Below, in pieces: positions 22,801-37,800 of a stretch of DNA of 64,000 bases. Below the pieces are notes generated by a model. It saw only the letters and a program-made list of their open reading frames with translations. It was not told the DNA's origin and did no database searches. Origin of the DNA: Nageia nagi (lineage: Eukaryota > Plantae > Pinophyta); assembly GCA_050084985.1 (NCBI GenBank), contig JBITNC010000001.1:189968001-190032000 (forward strand), read 5' to 3'. Position 1 is the first letter of the stretch; each line of letters begins with the position of its first letter. The position numbers were made by a program, and so were the translations under genes.

Positions 22801-25800
22801 ACAAAAACCAATGAAATTTAGCATCCCGAAAATCGTACACTTTAAGACATAATTCTGAATGGTGAGAATCCATTGTTTTATGATAAAGAAGCAATGAGAG
22901 GGATATAACAGTTAAGTACTTAGATATGATATTCATCAATAAAAATACCCAAAGTTTCATTCAAAAAGAACACCAAAATGGTTATGGTAGCCGAGTACCT
23001 ATATCTGCCACTCCCCTGAACATTATTTTGAAGTGAACTTGACAAATCAGAACTTTCATTGCTGAAAATACCTACAAAAACAAAATGGTAAATTAGTATA
23101 TCCTTACAAAGCTACATAAAATAGAGGTTTCCATATTTATATTTGGGACATCTTTGTAGAAACATTAAACATTGGCCATAGTTCCAATACAAGAAGAATA
23201 AGTTTCCACAGTAGGAATTGATAAAGACAATGAACACGTAGATGAAATTATACATCTTCAATAAGTCTGTTCTCACAATTGTAAGACTTGAAGTAAAATA
23301 GGCTTGATCTTTCCATTGAAGGGAGAACAGAAGCACATTTTAAGATCAACACAATCTATTAAATTACACAGCACTAAAGAACAGTCTCTTCCCTATTTGA
23401 ATATTGCCAAAGAAGACACATTCAAGGATTCTCAGAAAGAAGTATAAAAGAAAATCAAAATGTCACATATGATATTATATTATTGCATTAACATTAAATA
23501 ATCTGTTCTCATTAATATAACCCCTTCTTTTGCAACTTAGAACATGTCTTTCCTGGCCCTAATACTAGATGTGCATTATAGCACTATCTTGGTTAATTAC
23601 AAAGAACTGTGAAAATATTATTGCAAGCACCATTCACCAATGTTTAGCCTACTACACTTTGGCAGTAGGTATAAATTTCCCAATAACATGGATTATCCCA
23701 ACTATCAACTAACATGTTTTCCTCAAGGTCGTTCAAAACGAGCTTCTTGCTTCCTGTAACGTATATTGTCCTTTGTTTATTTATTTTCAGTATTAGAAAA
23801 AAATAACTTCAAGTTGAAAGAAAATATAATAATGTCAATGGGTGACCAAAAGCGGTCAATGGGACTAGAGAGTACAAGAGTGAAAAAACAGTTAGCAAGG
23901 CCCCTAAAAGGCCCACCCTAAAACTGAAAATGAAATGAAATAATATAAAATAATCCAACTAAGGCGATACAATAAGGGGGTCAAAACCTTAGAGAGGAAA
24001 TAAAACAAAGCATAGAACAGTCATGAAGGGGCCACCTGGATCCTAGCTAGGGAGAGTGCATGGACACTCTTGACTAAGCGGTCGAGGAGAGAGATCGCTC
24101 ATCACTGTGGGTCATGTCTATAGTAATGTTGTTGGAGATAAAGAAGAACAAAATCCGACAAGTCCTCAGAGGAGCTTGGCTGTCCAATAGGCATCGTTTA
24201 GTGCATTGTGTAGGATAAGAAGGGTCATCTTACAAGGTCCCTCAACTGAGAAGGCTCGAAAGAAGGACATAATGCAGCGGACTCTTGTCGAGTGCTTAAG
24301 AGATACATTACACCATGTTCAAGCTGGGTTTATTTTAATTTTTTTTTTCTATTTCCAATCCCATTTGTTTATGAATCTCAAATTAGTCTCCTCTAGTCAT
24401 TGAATTTGGCTTGTGGAACTATGAATGCACCTTTATAATTCAACATTTTGGCTCACATCAATCACAAAAATGAACATTCCTCAGAAGAATGGAATACTCC
24501 TGTTGAATGCAGGACTCTCTCATGTAAAAGTTACCATTTATGAAGACTTTTTCTAACGTGACCAACAAGGAAATTATATGAGAAATTTATGGCTAGTTTA
24601 GGTTTTGCAATGTCTAATGCAGTCCAGGTTTCATAAATAGTACAGTAAATCAAGTTCCAACTCACAATAAGGGAGGGATATGGAAAGTTGAAACCATGTA
24701 AGGCTCTCAGCATAAGAGATGATATATAAAAGAAACACACTATAGGGAAAATGTATCCATTATACTGTTCAAACAAACTCACTTTTATCTTCATGTTGTT
24801 CAGCATATCAGCCACAACATGTAGTATCGTACAGTAACTAAATCGCCCAACCTTTTTAAGGAATTTCTTGAATTCAATCAACATTCTTTTATGATAAACA
24901 ATTCTAGTGCACTTTAAACAGCTTTCCCAATTGTAGATATGTGATTCAGACAAAAGAAAATAAACACACAATCTTTAAAAGAACAATGAGCAAAACACAT
25001 TTATGTACAGAAACATCATTTCAACATTGGAAACACACCTGAAATGATGATGTACGCCAGTAACCAAAGTACAGCAATGGGACTCAAAAGTAGAGTGTTT
25101 TAGTAATGTATGGGCAAGCAAAAAGAGCTCCAATACATCTACAACTAATAAATATAGGCTACAAAATACAACAATGCATGGTGCTCCTATATGTAACATT
25201 GTATGAAGCGCACATAGTACAATTGTACAAGTATGATACAAGCAGAAAGCAAAGGCATGATACAAAGGTAGTGAGAAAGTCATGTAGAAGAACAATTTTC
25301 TACTGAAAGATCTCAATTGGATGTCAAGGCTCACACCAGTAGACAAAAGATTAATGTTCTTGCTAAGGAACACTTCCTCTTTAGGTGCTCAACTTACTAT
25401 GAGATTGGGGGACAATACCACTATCTTTTTTGTGACTCCCATAGTTCAATCTCGACCTTCTTTCAGTTCTTGGACCAGCATTCTGTGGCACTCTATCTCA
25501 AGGAGGCATTCCTTCTTAGAAAACGTTTCTTAGCCGACGTCCAACACCTAACATGATCACTTCTTTCTTTCAAACCTCTTTGGAAGAGGGAGCTTGTAGG
25601 AGGAGAGATGACCCTATTCCACCTATCCAATCCACCAAACAACAAGTATGTGTTGACCCTATTCCTTTGTGGTCTCAACAAATCACATCCTTCTTTAGCT
25701 CTAGTAGAGCCGATGATGGGGAGCCCAACTGAGCTGATCAAAGGAGAGTCCTCCCCCCTAATTGATTTTGACTACTATGTTTTGCTACTCGACTATGTAC

Positions 25801-28800
25801 TCCTTTTTAGGGCTTAGCCCCTCTATTGTATTATTGCATTCTTTTTATTAGGTTGTTCTAGTGTAGGCCACCTAGGGCCCCACATGTTACTTTATACAAT
25901 TGCATCTCATAGTCCCATTGACCATTTTTATCACCCACGAACATTAATATGTTTTCTTTCTTTCATAAACCAACTTAAAGAGGCAAGCAAGATCTCGTAA
26001 CAATGATAGTTAACAAAATTTGACTCAACCAATACTTACCAATTTCAAAAACTTAAAAATCTAAGTTGTACAAACACAAAGATGGGATACAAGCTTAGAA
26101 AATAGGGTATGAAGACCCACAAAATTTAGGAAATGGGGACATATAAAAGAGAAAAAACATGCATGCATCAAATTTCATAGGATGAGACTAAATTTCTATT
26201 AAAATAATGCATTATGATGGTTTCTGTAGATGGTCAAAAGCAATTGCTCGATTATAGATGGCGAAGGGATATAGACAGAATGATTAGGGAACATGCATCG
26301 AAGGTTTCCTACCTAGCGGGGTTCACTTCTTTGTGATGCTAACTCACCTACTCGACTTCGTAGAAACTAAGGATAGAGAGGATTGTTGGACGATATAGGG
26401 CATAAGGAGCTTTCGCCCAGTAGGACACAAATAGCCTATGCAAGGCGAAGTGGAGCCTAGATCCACAAATGTTAAAGACTATGAACATGAATGCAGAACA
26501 AGGGGATCCAATGAAGGAGAAAGGCAATAGCAAACCTACAACAAAGAAAGTTAGGTGGCGAAGGCCTAACCCAAAACCTCTACATTCATGGGTGAATATA
26601 GTGACCAGAGACAAAGCCGAAGAACAGCTTGAACCAAAATTGAACCCAAGGTGGTTGATAATGAGATCTACATTACTATCCTAAAAAGAAATTCTAAACT
26701 GTGAGGCAGAAAGCAACAAAAATACTCTGATTGGCAGATTCGTAGGGTTGAGACCAAATCTGGATATCAATAGCAAGTGGATGTTTGAAAAATGGATGAA
26801 AAAAGGAAAAGTTGATTTAGTGGCACTCCTAAAGGAATTCATGTTATTCAAATTAAGAGCGAAGAAGATATAAAAAAAGTGATGGAGCTAGGTAAGTCTT
26901 CCAAACTTTCCAATAGATTATTGGAATATGAATGTTATAGCTAGAATTGCAAATGGAATAGGATCCTTAGTATCTATAGACAAAGTAACCAAGAAAAAAA
27001 CCATAATGATAGAGGTAAGGTTCTACATCAATATAGACATCACAAAAGAACTGTGAAAAAAGATCTTCATTGATGAAGAGGATGGAGGAACTTGGAAGCA
27101 AGGAATTCAATATGAGAACTTGCTTGCAAGATGAAATATATGTAGAAAGTTTAATCATTACACCCGAGAATGTAACATCCCCTTTTGAACAAAAATAAGT
27201 AAATTTGGGATCCTAGGTGTTCCCTTTGTAAATATTTTGTTTTTGCATTATTAATTACTTGGGATAGAAAAGTAATGGTCCATTGGACCCACACTATGAG
27301 CCCCAAAGAGAGACGTTTTCCTCCCAAGCTTAGGATGAGTTATTATTATTTATTTGTACACTTGGAGATCCTAAATATTGATTATGGGAATCCCAAGTCT
27401 TGTATAGCACCTAGGATAGCACATAAGCATGGATAATCACTTATAGCCCCAACGTTGGACTTGGGAGCACTTGTACACTTGCGCCAGTTTTGGGCAAAGT
27501 CCTAGACCCCCACGTTGGCCCATGATGACACCAAGACACCCACACATGACACCAAGGCCCGACATTGGCATGCATGTTTCTAGGATTGTTTATGGTGTAT
27601 TTTGCATGATTTGTGGATGCCCTAGTGCCACGTTGAGCTTTTGAGGTGTTTTCTAGCTTAAGAGGTGCAACGTTGGGGCTTTTGGCATATTGTATTGATT
27701 GTTTGATGCCCTAGATCAGTTCGTGCAATGCCTATAAGCATAACTTGATGTTCATTATTTACTAATTGGCTAATATTTGCGTGGAGAATTATTTGGGATT
27801 TTATGGAGAATGTCTAGAGAATAAGCAAGAGGGTGAAAAGGAAGCACCAGTGCAGCAAAACCCAGGACAAAAGACAAGCTCATCGCACCCAAAGACAAGA
27901 GTGCAAGCACAGCCAAACAAAAGGAACCAGCAGCAACATCAAATACAGTCACAGCTTATGAAGTAAAGTAACACCTTTTAGGCCTTACTTCTCCTTGAAG
28001 ATAATCCTAACCAAGAACCATGAGGAAAAATCAGAATTGGGGAGACCGAGGAAGAGAATCAAACCAGCTCTGAACCTATAGGAATGGAAATTAGCAAAGA
28101 GGAAGAACAATGGGAGACAGTCCAAAACAGGAAAAGGCAAAGAAAGCAAGATGGATCGCCCCAACAAAACACAGTGCAGGATAAAGAAGACATACAAGCA
28201 AGAACTGGACCGATGACAAGGAAGACTCCAAATGTTGGGCAGGCCCACGTTGGAAGACCATCACAACAAGAAGCTAGGGAGAAGAATCTTTGGAGAAGAT
28301 TGCAAATGGTTTTCAGCAGACTTTGGATATGTATTGGCACCTCTTGTGTCCAACAAAGGGCCCTTAAGATACACTTTGACTAAGATGAAGTAGGGCAGAA
28401 ATATTGTATGTTGTTGTTCTAGGACTAGTTTGTAATTAGTTGTTAAAAACCATAGCCTACCTTGGATGTAAGGTGGCTGTGGTTCTGTTGTTGCTGAAAT
28501 ATACACAAGCTCCTTTGAGTTCTAATGTGAACTTCAGTAAACCATATATGTAACATTTGGCAGGTTTTGGGGATCCTTTTTAAAACCCTGCTTGTTTACC
28601 CTTATCAAAAAAAATGATGGTTTATATACATCATAATGTCTCAAAGCATGCAATGCGATACAAAAACAGGTAGCCAGTGTTCTTCCAAACATGCCACCAC
28701 TTTAGAAACATTTTCCAGGTGTGTTTCCAGTTTTTCTGTTTCAGAGACAGGAAAGTTAAAGGGCTAGAGGTGTTAAGTAGCTTAAAACTAAATTTATAGA

Positions 28801-31800
28801 TGAAAGAAAACATTTAAATCAAAATAACAGCCTGAAAGGTAAGATTATGTCATAAAAATTGTGCATAGTTCATGCTATGTATGCATTATGCAATAGAAGT
28901 AGCAACACGTCAAAAATTAACTATGTGCCACGGCTGCCAAAATGGGATGGTCCCTTTGCCTTCTTCCATGCAGCATCCTTTATTTTGGCACCAATAGTTC
29001 TTGCTCCACTCTAGTATATGATTCAGCCTCCTTCACACATTCAAAATCATCCCATGAAAAGATAGGCTCCTCCCCTTCCATATGCTCTTGCATCATAATC
29101 AGATTCCAGACCTATCTTACACAAATCAATTGCATCATAATCATTGCACACTATTCTGAATGAGATGTCAAAGAGGACACTACTTGTTTTCAACTATTTT
29201 GTAATAAACTGCAGTGGCCTTCTTGGCCATGTCTCTGGCCTCATAAATATTGTGCAACTATTTTGACTTCAACAAGATGAAAACCCTCACCAGCCATTCT
29301 ACCACGTAAAGAAATTCAGAATTTAATAACCCTTAAGCAAGGCCTTCTAAAAATAACAAATTGTGAAAAACACTAGAAACTTTTGTAGTCAAACACCAAC
29401 AATCACATAAATAATATCATTTGAGGCCTCCCAAAAAGAAACCTCAAACAATCTTTCCCAACTAGTGCAGCACGATGTTTCACCACAAACTGAGTGGCAT
29501 CCACTCCTCACTAACAAATATACTTTTCAGAGGCCCCATTGAGTCAAGTAGGTTCTATAAAATGATGAAGGAAATGAAGAAGTGTGTGGTTGCCAGTCGG
29601 ACCAATTCCTTTCTGTTTGTGTAACTTCCCATCAACTACATGACTCATGTTCGATTATATTGTAGATGTATTCTGTTATATTTTTCGCCCTTTCAACCAC
29701 TTTGCTTAACCAAGATACATTACCAGCTTCCTCAAGAATCAGGGTCAAGACTGTACACTACACATGTTGTGAAAAACATTAACATTGAAGTTATCCACAA
29801 AAGTCTCCAGCTGCCATATATGTCGCTACACTATTTGTATTCACCTGAAAGACATATTTGGCAACTTTTAGCCTCTTGGGCCACCCAGCCCTTGATTTGC
29901 ATCTTCCTGTTACCGTTCATTTGCCCACAAGTGATTGTTAGCTGTCATTGCAGCTCTTGGCTTTTCATATACAAGTTGACCTCCTTCATAATTGGTAGCC
30001 TTTTGTTTGGTAATGATTGGCTTTCCTCACGACGGTTGGTATTTCAAGCAATAGTTGTTCTTCTAGTAACCATCTGTCTGCACCACGTCCCTTTGTATTC
30101 CAAGCAACAGTTGACTTACTTGAGTGACTGTTCATCTTCCTTGAGCATCAGTTGTGCCTTTGCATTTGACAAAGCACCTGCACTGCTAGGCCAAAGTTGG
30201 CCCCAAGCACTTGCACCCATCAGTAGGGTGGATCTATTCTTGAACTCACCATCACAAATTGGTCCCAAAGGTTGACTGAATGTTCAACTCATTTAACCCC
30301 TAACCATGACTTCCACCACAAGGTCATACAAGTGGGGCCACAACATATCACAAAACCCCATACAAAGGAAACTTGGAAATTTATCCAAATCTAACCTTCA
30401 ACATCAGTTCGTCTGTCCAACATTATTGTGCATTCCCTTCTTCACCCAAAACCCTGCTGCTTGTCAATAAGATTATGCTCCAATGGAGATGACAACAAAT
30501 TTTCCAAGGTAGTTGTTCCCATGACATTCTCTTAATGAAAAAAAATCAATGGTTTTTTGGAATCTTCATAGGCAAAAGAGGTGGCAATTTTCTAGGGTAT
30601 GGAAAATGATCAGGTGAAAAAAATGTGTTGCTGAAATGAAATAACACCCACTTAATATTTGACCTTTACCACATGTCAATAAAAAAAAGTCATATATAAG
30701 GCTCTTTTCCATGATTTTGTTGGAATCTTCCGATTATGTTTGTCCCTCCAAACACAAATATAGTTACGACTTAATAGCGTTAAGAAATTATTGTGAGAAC
30801 ACATCTGTAAAAAAAAGCTCCTAACGTTTCCCAATGGACATCCTCAAAAACAATTAGGAATCCCCCTCCATGACAACATACCTTACAAGTATATATATCA
30901 GATAGACACTCCTATGATAGGGGCCTCAATAATCATCATAAGTTAGGAGTTTAAACACCACAACTTAAATTGTTAGGGCATTAAACATTGCATGATAAAA
31001 CTGCAAACTCGAGACATTGAAATGAGTGCCAAATTATGATGTCCCAATCAGAATTTTATCAATTTTAGCCAACAAAAAATCAGATTTTACAATGCACGGT
31101 CAGATCCGCAATTTTTAATCAGAAATCAAACACCAAAACCCTAAAAGGGGCATGAACTCATCACCAATGCTCATAAAATTATTTTGAAAGTGGCAATGGA
31201 AAGATCAACATTCATACAACTCAAATCAACCATCCCACATGCAAAGAAAAATACTCAAAGCTGGACATCCCCTCTTGGAGGGCAAAATATTACTCAAAAT
31301 ATGCAAAGATGATCTTCAACCATGCAAATATCATCAACAAAATAATCTGAAAGTGGCAATGGACTCTAGGGCATCCAAGACGCTCAAAACCCAATGAAAA
31401 TGTGCCAAACCAGGTGTCCAAGGCTGGGTGTCCCCCTCAAGGAGAGTTTCCAAGCTAGAAAATGCGGAATAGGGGTCCCCAAAAATGGGCAACTACCTCT
31501 CCAAGCTACTATAATTTGCGAAGGCTCCAAATAGAATTTCAAACCCTCCAATGATATCTGAAATGCTGACAGCTGAAAGTCTCCATGAAGCTCCAATGCA
31601 ACTCCTAAGGCTTCAAGCACATCCCTAGACCTTAGAAGGGTGAAAAGGGCACAACCCTCACTCGAAAGATCAAAAGATTGAATTCTCCAAGCATATCCTC
31701 AAGTGGTGCGCTCTTCTTGCCTTTATAGATGAACTTGAAATTACAAACATCATCATGAACATGGCCGACCCATCTTTGCCAAGAAATTACAAATTACGAC

Positions 31801-34800
31801 TCTACATGGAGCGTCTCACATCGGGATCACAACTTACACATATTTAGATCAAAAAGGAATGTGACAATGCCAAAAATATCAAATTGACTCCTAAATAGTC
31901 CTATGTGCTAGAAAATCACAACGAAGAGGGATGTCCAACTCCAAGTGGCCCAAAAAAATCATCACAATGCAAAAGTGAGTGAGACGCCAAAACTAGGGAC
32001 ATTACAAGTCCACCCCTCCCAAATTGTTTGTCCCCAAGCAATTCAAGGCTAGATGTGCAAGGATCTCTTGTCATTCCCAGGTAGCATCTTCAATAGGCAA
32101 GTTTTTCCATTTTACCAAGTATTCCTTGATGATCTTGTTTCTCAACTTCTTTTCTCTAATCTCCAATATGGTTTCAGGTTCCAATATCAACTTTCCTTCA
32201 TCATCAAGTGGAGGGAACTCAATGGAGGGAACAATGTGCTTCCCAAGAGCCTTTTTTAGGCATGAAACATGGAAAACATCGTGAACTTTGTTGTTGTCCG
32301 ACAACTCCAGCTCATGTACAACTTCTCCAATCCTGCATATGACCTTGTAAGGGCCATAAGATCGTGGTTTCAGCTTTTTTGCTCTACTTTTCTTCAAGGT
32401 GGACTGTTTATAGGGTTGCAACCTCAAGTAGACCAGGTTTCCAACCTCAAAATGGCATTCAATCCTTTGTTGGTACACATATTTCTTTTGCTATTCCTGT
32501 GCAAGTTGAATGTTATTCTTCAATGCCTTCATGATATCTCGGTTCTCCTGCACAATATCTTTTTCTTTTCGCACTCCACTATCATCAATCAACAAGGTAA
32601 GGAGCATCATATTCATACAAGGCCATGAAAGAAGACATTTTAATGGACAAATGATATGAAGAATTGTAACAAAACTCTCCTAAGTGCAGCCACTTAATCC
32701 ATACATTTTGTTGCCCTGAAACATAATTTCTCAAGTAGCTTGTACTTGGAGTCAAAATTGTGCCACATAATCTTAATAACTCTTGCCAAAACATGCTCAT
32801 AAACTTGTTGTCCCTGTCACTCACAATAATCTTTGGCATACCATGGAGTCTAAACACCTCTCTAAAGAACAAATCAACCACTTGTATTGTTGTGTATGTA
32901 ACTGAAATGGCATAAAAGTGTGCAAACTTTGTCAATCTATCCACCACAACATAAATACAATCCTTACCTTGCACTTTGGGCAAACTAGTGATGAAATCCA
33001 TTGATACACTTTCCCATTTCTGATTTAGAATGGGCAAAGGCTGTAGCAAACCAGTCAGAAATGTATTTCCTACCTTATTCTCTTGGCAGGTGGCACACTC
33101 CCTAACATGCCTAAGAACATCATCTTTCAGCCCCTTCCATGTGAACCTCTCACTCAACTGCCGATATGTCTTGAAAAAACCCAGATGACCAGCCATGGGT
33201 GTGTCATGCATTACTAAAATCAATTTCTCCTTTAAATTTGAATTTGACACAATAAAAAATCTATTTTTGTAAAAAATCAGTCCCTCTTTTACGTTGTACC
33301 TATCGTCCTTCAAGTGGCCATCTAGAATGTTAGATGCAAAATTACTCTTCACATACTCAGCTATGATTGCAGCCTTCCAATCAGCAGTAACAATGGAAAT
33401 AGAGTGAAAAGAGGCTGTCCTAGATAGTGCATCAGCAGTCATTCTTTTTCCCCTTCACAAACTAAATATCAAAATCCTAGGCTTGTAGTTTACATACCCA
33501 TTTCTGTTGCCTATCATTCAAATCACGTTGTTCCAAGAAATATTTGAGGCTATTATGATCAATCTTTACCACAAATCTGCCACAAACAAGGTATTGTTTG
33601 AACTTGGCCAAAGCATGCATAATGGCAAGCATCTCCTTGTCGTATATACTGAAAGTTCTCTCATTGGGCTTGAGTTTTTTGCTCTCAAAAGCAATTGGTT
33701 GTCCCTTTTGCATAAGAACAACCCCTATTCCAATACCTGATGCATCACAATCAATGGTAAAAGGAAAAGAAAAATCAAGAAGAAGTAGAGGGCAAGAGGT
33801 CATCACTTCCTTTAATTTCTCAAATTACTTTTGGGCTTCATCACTCCATGCAAATGATCCCTTCTTTGTCAACTCGGTCAAAGTGTTGTCAAAGCTGAAA
33901 AGCCTCTAATAGATCTCCTATAATAGCTACAAAGTCCCAAAACCCCTCTCAATTGAATCAAGTTAGTGGGTGTAAGCCAATCATGTATTGCTACAATCTT
34001 TTGTTGGTCCATTTGGACTGCCTTATTGTTGATTATGTGTCCCAAATACAAATCTTTTGTTGATCCAAACTCACATTTGGATTTCTTTGCATAAAAAATC
34101 TTGTTGTTCCAAAATAATTAAAACAAAATCTAAGTACATCAAGTGATCCTCCCAATAACTGCTATAAACAAGGATATCATCAAAGAACACCAACACAAAC
34201 TTCCTCAAATGCTCCCTAAAAATATGATTCATTGCTGATTGGAATGTGGCAAGGGCATTAGTCAAACCAAAAAGCATCACCCAGAACTCATAATGGCCGA
34301 AATGACATCTAAATGTTGTTTTATGTATGTCCTCATCTCTAACTTCGATTTGGTGGCAGTCAAACCTCCAATCAATATTATAAAAATACATGGCTCCATG
34401 CAACTCATCTATGAGCTGATCCACTCTAGGAATAGGGTACCTATTTTTTATGGTCTTTTTTATTTAGGATCCTATAATCTATACACATCCTTAATGTCCC
34501 ATCCTTCTTTTTCACCAACACAACTGAAGAAGCAAATGGAATAGTACTAGGATGAATATGTCACATAGCTAAAAGCTCTTTTATGGTCTTTTCAATTTCA
34601 TCCTTGTATATTTATGGATGCCTATAAGGAGTAATCATTACTAGATTTGTTCTTGGTTCTAACTCAATCACATGCTGAAATCCCCTATTGGGTGGCAAAC
34701 CCCTAGGCATATCCCCAAAAACTCTATTATGCCTATCCAACAGAATCTAAATGTTTGAATGAAAAGAAACATGATCACTAGATGAGTGAGGCATACTTGT

Positions 34801-37800
34801 TGACATGAATATCCTAGCAGCCCAAACTATTTCCTATTTGAGTATCTTCTCCATCCTCTTGATTGACACCTTTTGGATTGTATTATCCTTGATCCCATGT
34901 AAAACAATCTCACGCCCATCAATTCTGAATTTAAATTGCAGTGTCTGATGATTGGTAGTGTAGTCACCCAATGAGTACAACCATTTTACTCTCAACACAA
35001 TATGAGGCACTCTTCCCAAAAGAAACACAAAAAAATCATCCTCATCTGAATAATTACCAAAATTTACCTTCAATTTGGTTACAACTTTGTTGCAAGGCAC
35101 AATGTTTCATTCCCTGTAGCCACATTAAAACCAGAAAATGATTCTGATTTCAGCTTCTTCTTTGCCACAAAACTCTCATCTACAAAATTGTGGTTTGCCT
35201 CACCATCAATCAACATAACCACCTTCTCTCCCAAAACCTCTCGTGGTACCTTAATGGTGAAAATTTTGTTTGCACTACTCAATGTAGCCAATGTACCTAT
35301 GTTTGGGACAGCAAGAGCCTCATTTAATGGCTCCTCATTAGACTCATACTCATAATCTAATGCATCTTCATCTGAAATGACCTCAATGTAATGAATTTGC
35401 CCTTACCTTGGCAACAGTGACCTGGTTCCCAAGGATTTTTACAGCTGGAACATAATTTCTTCCTCCTTAGCTCATTTTATTCCTCATGAAGCCTCTTTCC
35501 ATGTGACACAAGCTGAGGAGCTCTTTGTGGGGATACGATGATCTTCCCAAAGGCTGATTTCTTTCTAGAATGGACGAATCTCACCTCTGAAATGCATCTC
35601 TCATCTGAAATGGCCTTGATGGCCCTGCAATGCTAGATCTAGGTGGTGGTGGGGTTGAAAATCTAGATCGAAGAAGTGTTGAAGACTCAAGGGTTAAAGC
35701 CCTTCTAATGGCATCTTGAAATGTGGGAGGCCCAAAGGCTTTTGCCAAACCCTTTCAATGGCTCCATCAAACCCTCATTGAAGAGGAATGTCACTCTCCT
35801 ATCTGAAATATGAGGCACCATGACTAAAATTTTTTAAAACTCATCAACAAATGCCTCAACCATGGTTCTTTGTTGTAGAGTGGTCAGGTCTCTAAATAAC
35901 TCCTCTTCATCTTTCCTCTCAAATTTGTCCAAAATCATTTGACTAAATTCATCAAAGGTAGTGATCTTTCCATGGCCTTGTGCAATGAGACCATGATGCC
36001 ACTAATCATATGCAACATCCTTAAGGCAGAGAGTAGCAAACTGAACCGCATCCTCCTTGGCCATGGCGCAAAGGGTAAAATAGGTTTGCAATTTTTGCAA
36101 CCATGCCCTAGTCGTTATACTCCTACCATTGAACATGGGGACTTGCATTTTCTACAAATGCTTCCTGTCATAGTATTTGCTATCCTTGTCGATCTCCTTT
36201 CCCAAAATATCCAAATAACTCTCAAAAATAATAGGATTTTTGAATTCAACACACTTACCTTGGTACTCAATGAAGTATGTATCCAACTCCTCAACTACAT
36301 GACTTGGATCAGCTTCTTGTCTTTGCAAAAAGATGGGTTTTGTTGGTCTAGGCAATGAAGGGTGAGCATACCGAACAAACTTCTCACTCCCTTGACCTTG
36401 CGTGGCCCCCCTAGTTGAAGAAGGATCCCCTTAATTTGATTGTGGTTGTGGTCAAGAAATTCCATCCACCTGCATGCCTCTATGTTGGAGTTTGAACATG
36501 CTCTTCACAAGAGAACTTCAATATTTCGACTCTTTGTTCTGTAGTCAACCTGCATAGGTCCGATCCCTAATTGGCCAACCGATCAGTTTTGATTAGCTAG
36601 CCTGCCAATTGCTCAATATGCATATCAATCCATTTTGTCAGACTAATTGGTCTTATGTATACTGGTTCATATCCAGAGACTGGCAATTTTGTGTGTTTTG
36701 TTGTTTTTTCTCTTTGATTTGGTAATCATTCTTTGTGTGGTTTGTTGTTGTAATCATTTGGAACATCTAGGAACATAGTATAGTGGTCTGTTGTGTTATT
36801 CACAAAGATTTGATAGTGTTATTTAGTTGATTTAATTAATTGTAGAATTCATGAGAAGTCCATTCTCATAACAGTCACTTTGTACTCAAGTTCTATCAAA
36901 GAACTATAAATATGTAATTTCTTATTTGAAGTAATAGATCAATGAGCATTTTCTCATTGTGGTATTAGAGCTAGTTTGGTCTTTTGGGTTGAAGTCAGCT
37001 TTTGGGTGCTTTGCAAGAGTTTATCAAGTTCTTGCCAAAGGGAGATCCAAAGCTTCCTGTTGTGCATAGCATAATGGCTAACAACTCTTGGCCAATGCCA
37101 AAATTCAATGGTGAAAACTATGAGTATTGGAGTATAGAAATGAAAACTCTACTCATATGCAAAAGCTTTTGGAACATTGTAGAAGATGGCTACAATGAAC
37201 CTACTGATTGGAACACTATCCAATGAGCTAAGAAGACTACAAGGAAAGAAGCCTAAAAGAAGAACAATTGTGCACTCTATCATTTTCAATTGAGCTTGGA
37301 TAAAAGCATTTTTCCAAGGATTGCTTCATGTACTACAGCAAAAGAAGCTTGTAAAGCCTTGAAGGATGGATATCAAGGGAGTGCACAAGTGAAGTAAGTC
37401 AAGCTTCAAACTTTGAAAAGAGATTTTGAAAATCTCAAAAAGCAAAATGGAGAAAATGTTGGAGACTATTGCGTGAGGGTGAAGGCTTGTGTAAACAAGA
37501 TGCAAACTCTTGGTAAAGAGGTGAAGAATGCAATGATGGTAAAGAAAGTGTTGAGAACATTTCTCCCAAAATGGAACCATGTAGCAATTATAATTGAAGA
37601 GAGCAAAGATCTTTCCACTCCCGATTATGATTAATTGATTGGTTCACTAATGTCTCATAGAATAAAAAACGGTTTTTTGAAAACACGGCTCCAGGCTAAA
37701 GACGTAAAAACGGCCAATAAACGGTCAAAATACATTGAATATGGCAAAAATTTGTGGGTTTTAAAATTCATAAATATGGAAAAAACGATGAAAAAACGGA

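Noticed and set aside
24531-25373. Hydrophobic 132-146-aa minus-strand ORFs
   Set aside because: T-rich intronic composition with no motifs or convincing gene structure
29640-30275. 211-aa plus-strand ORF
   Set aside because: Antisense to the hAT transposase relic; not protein-like
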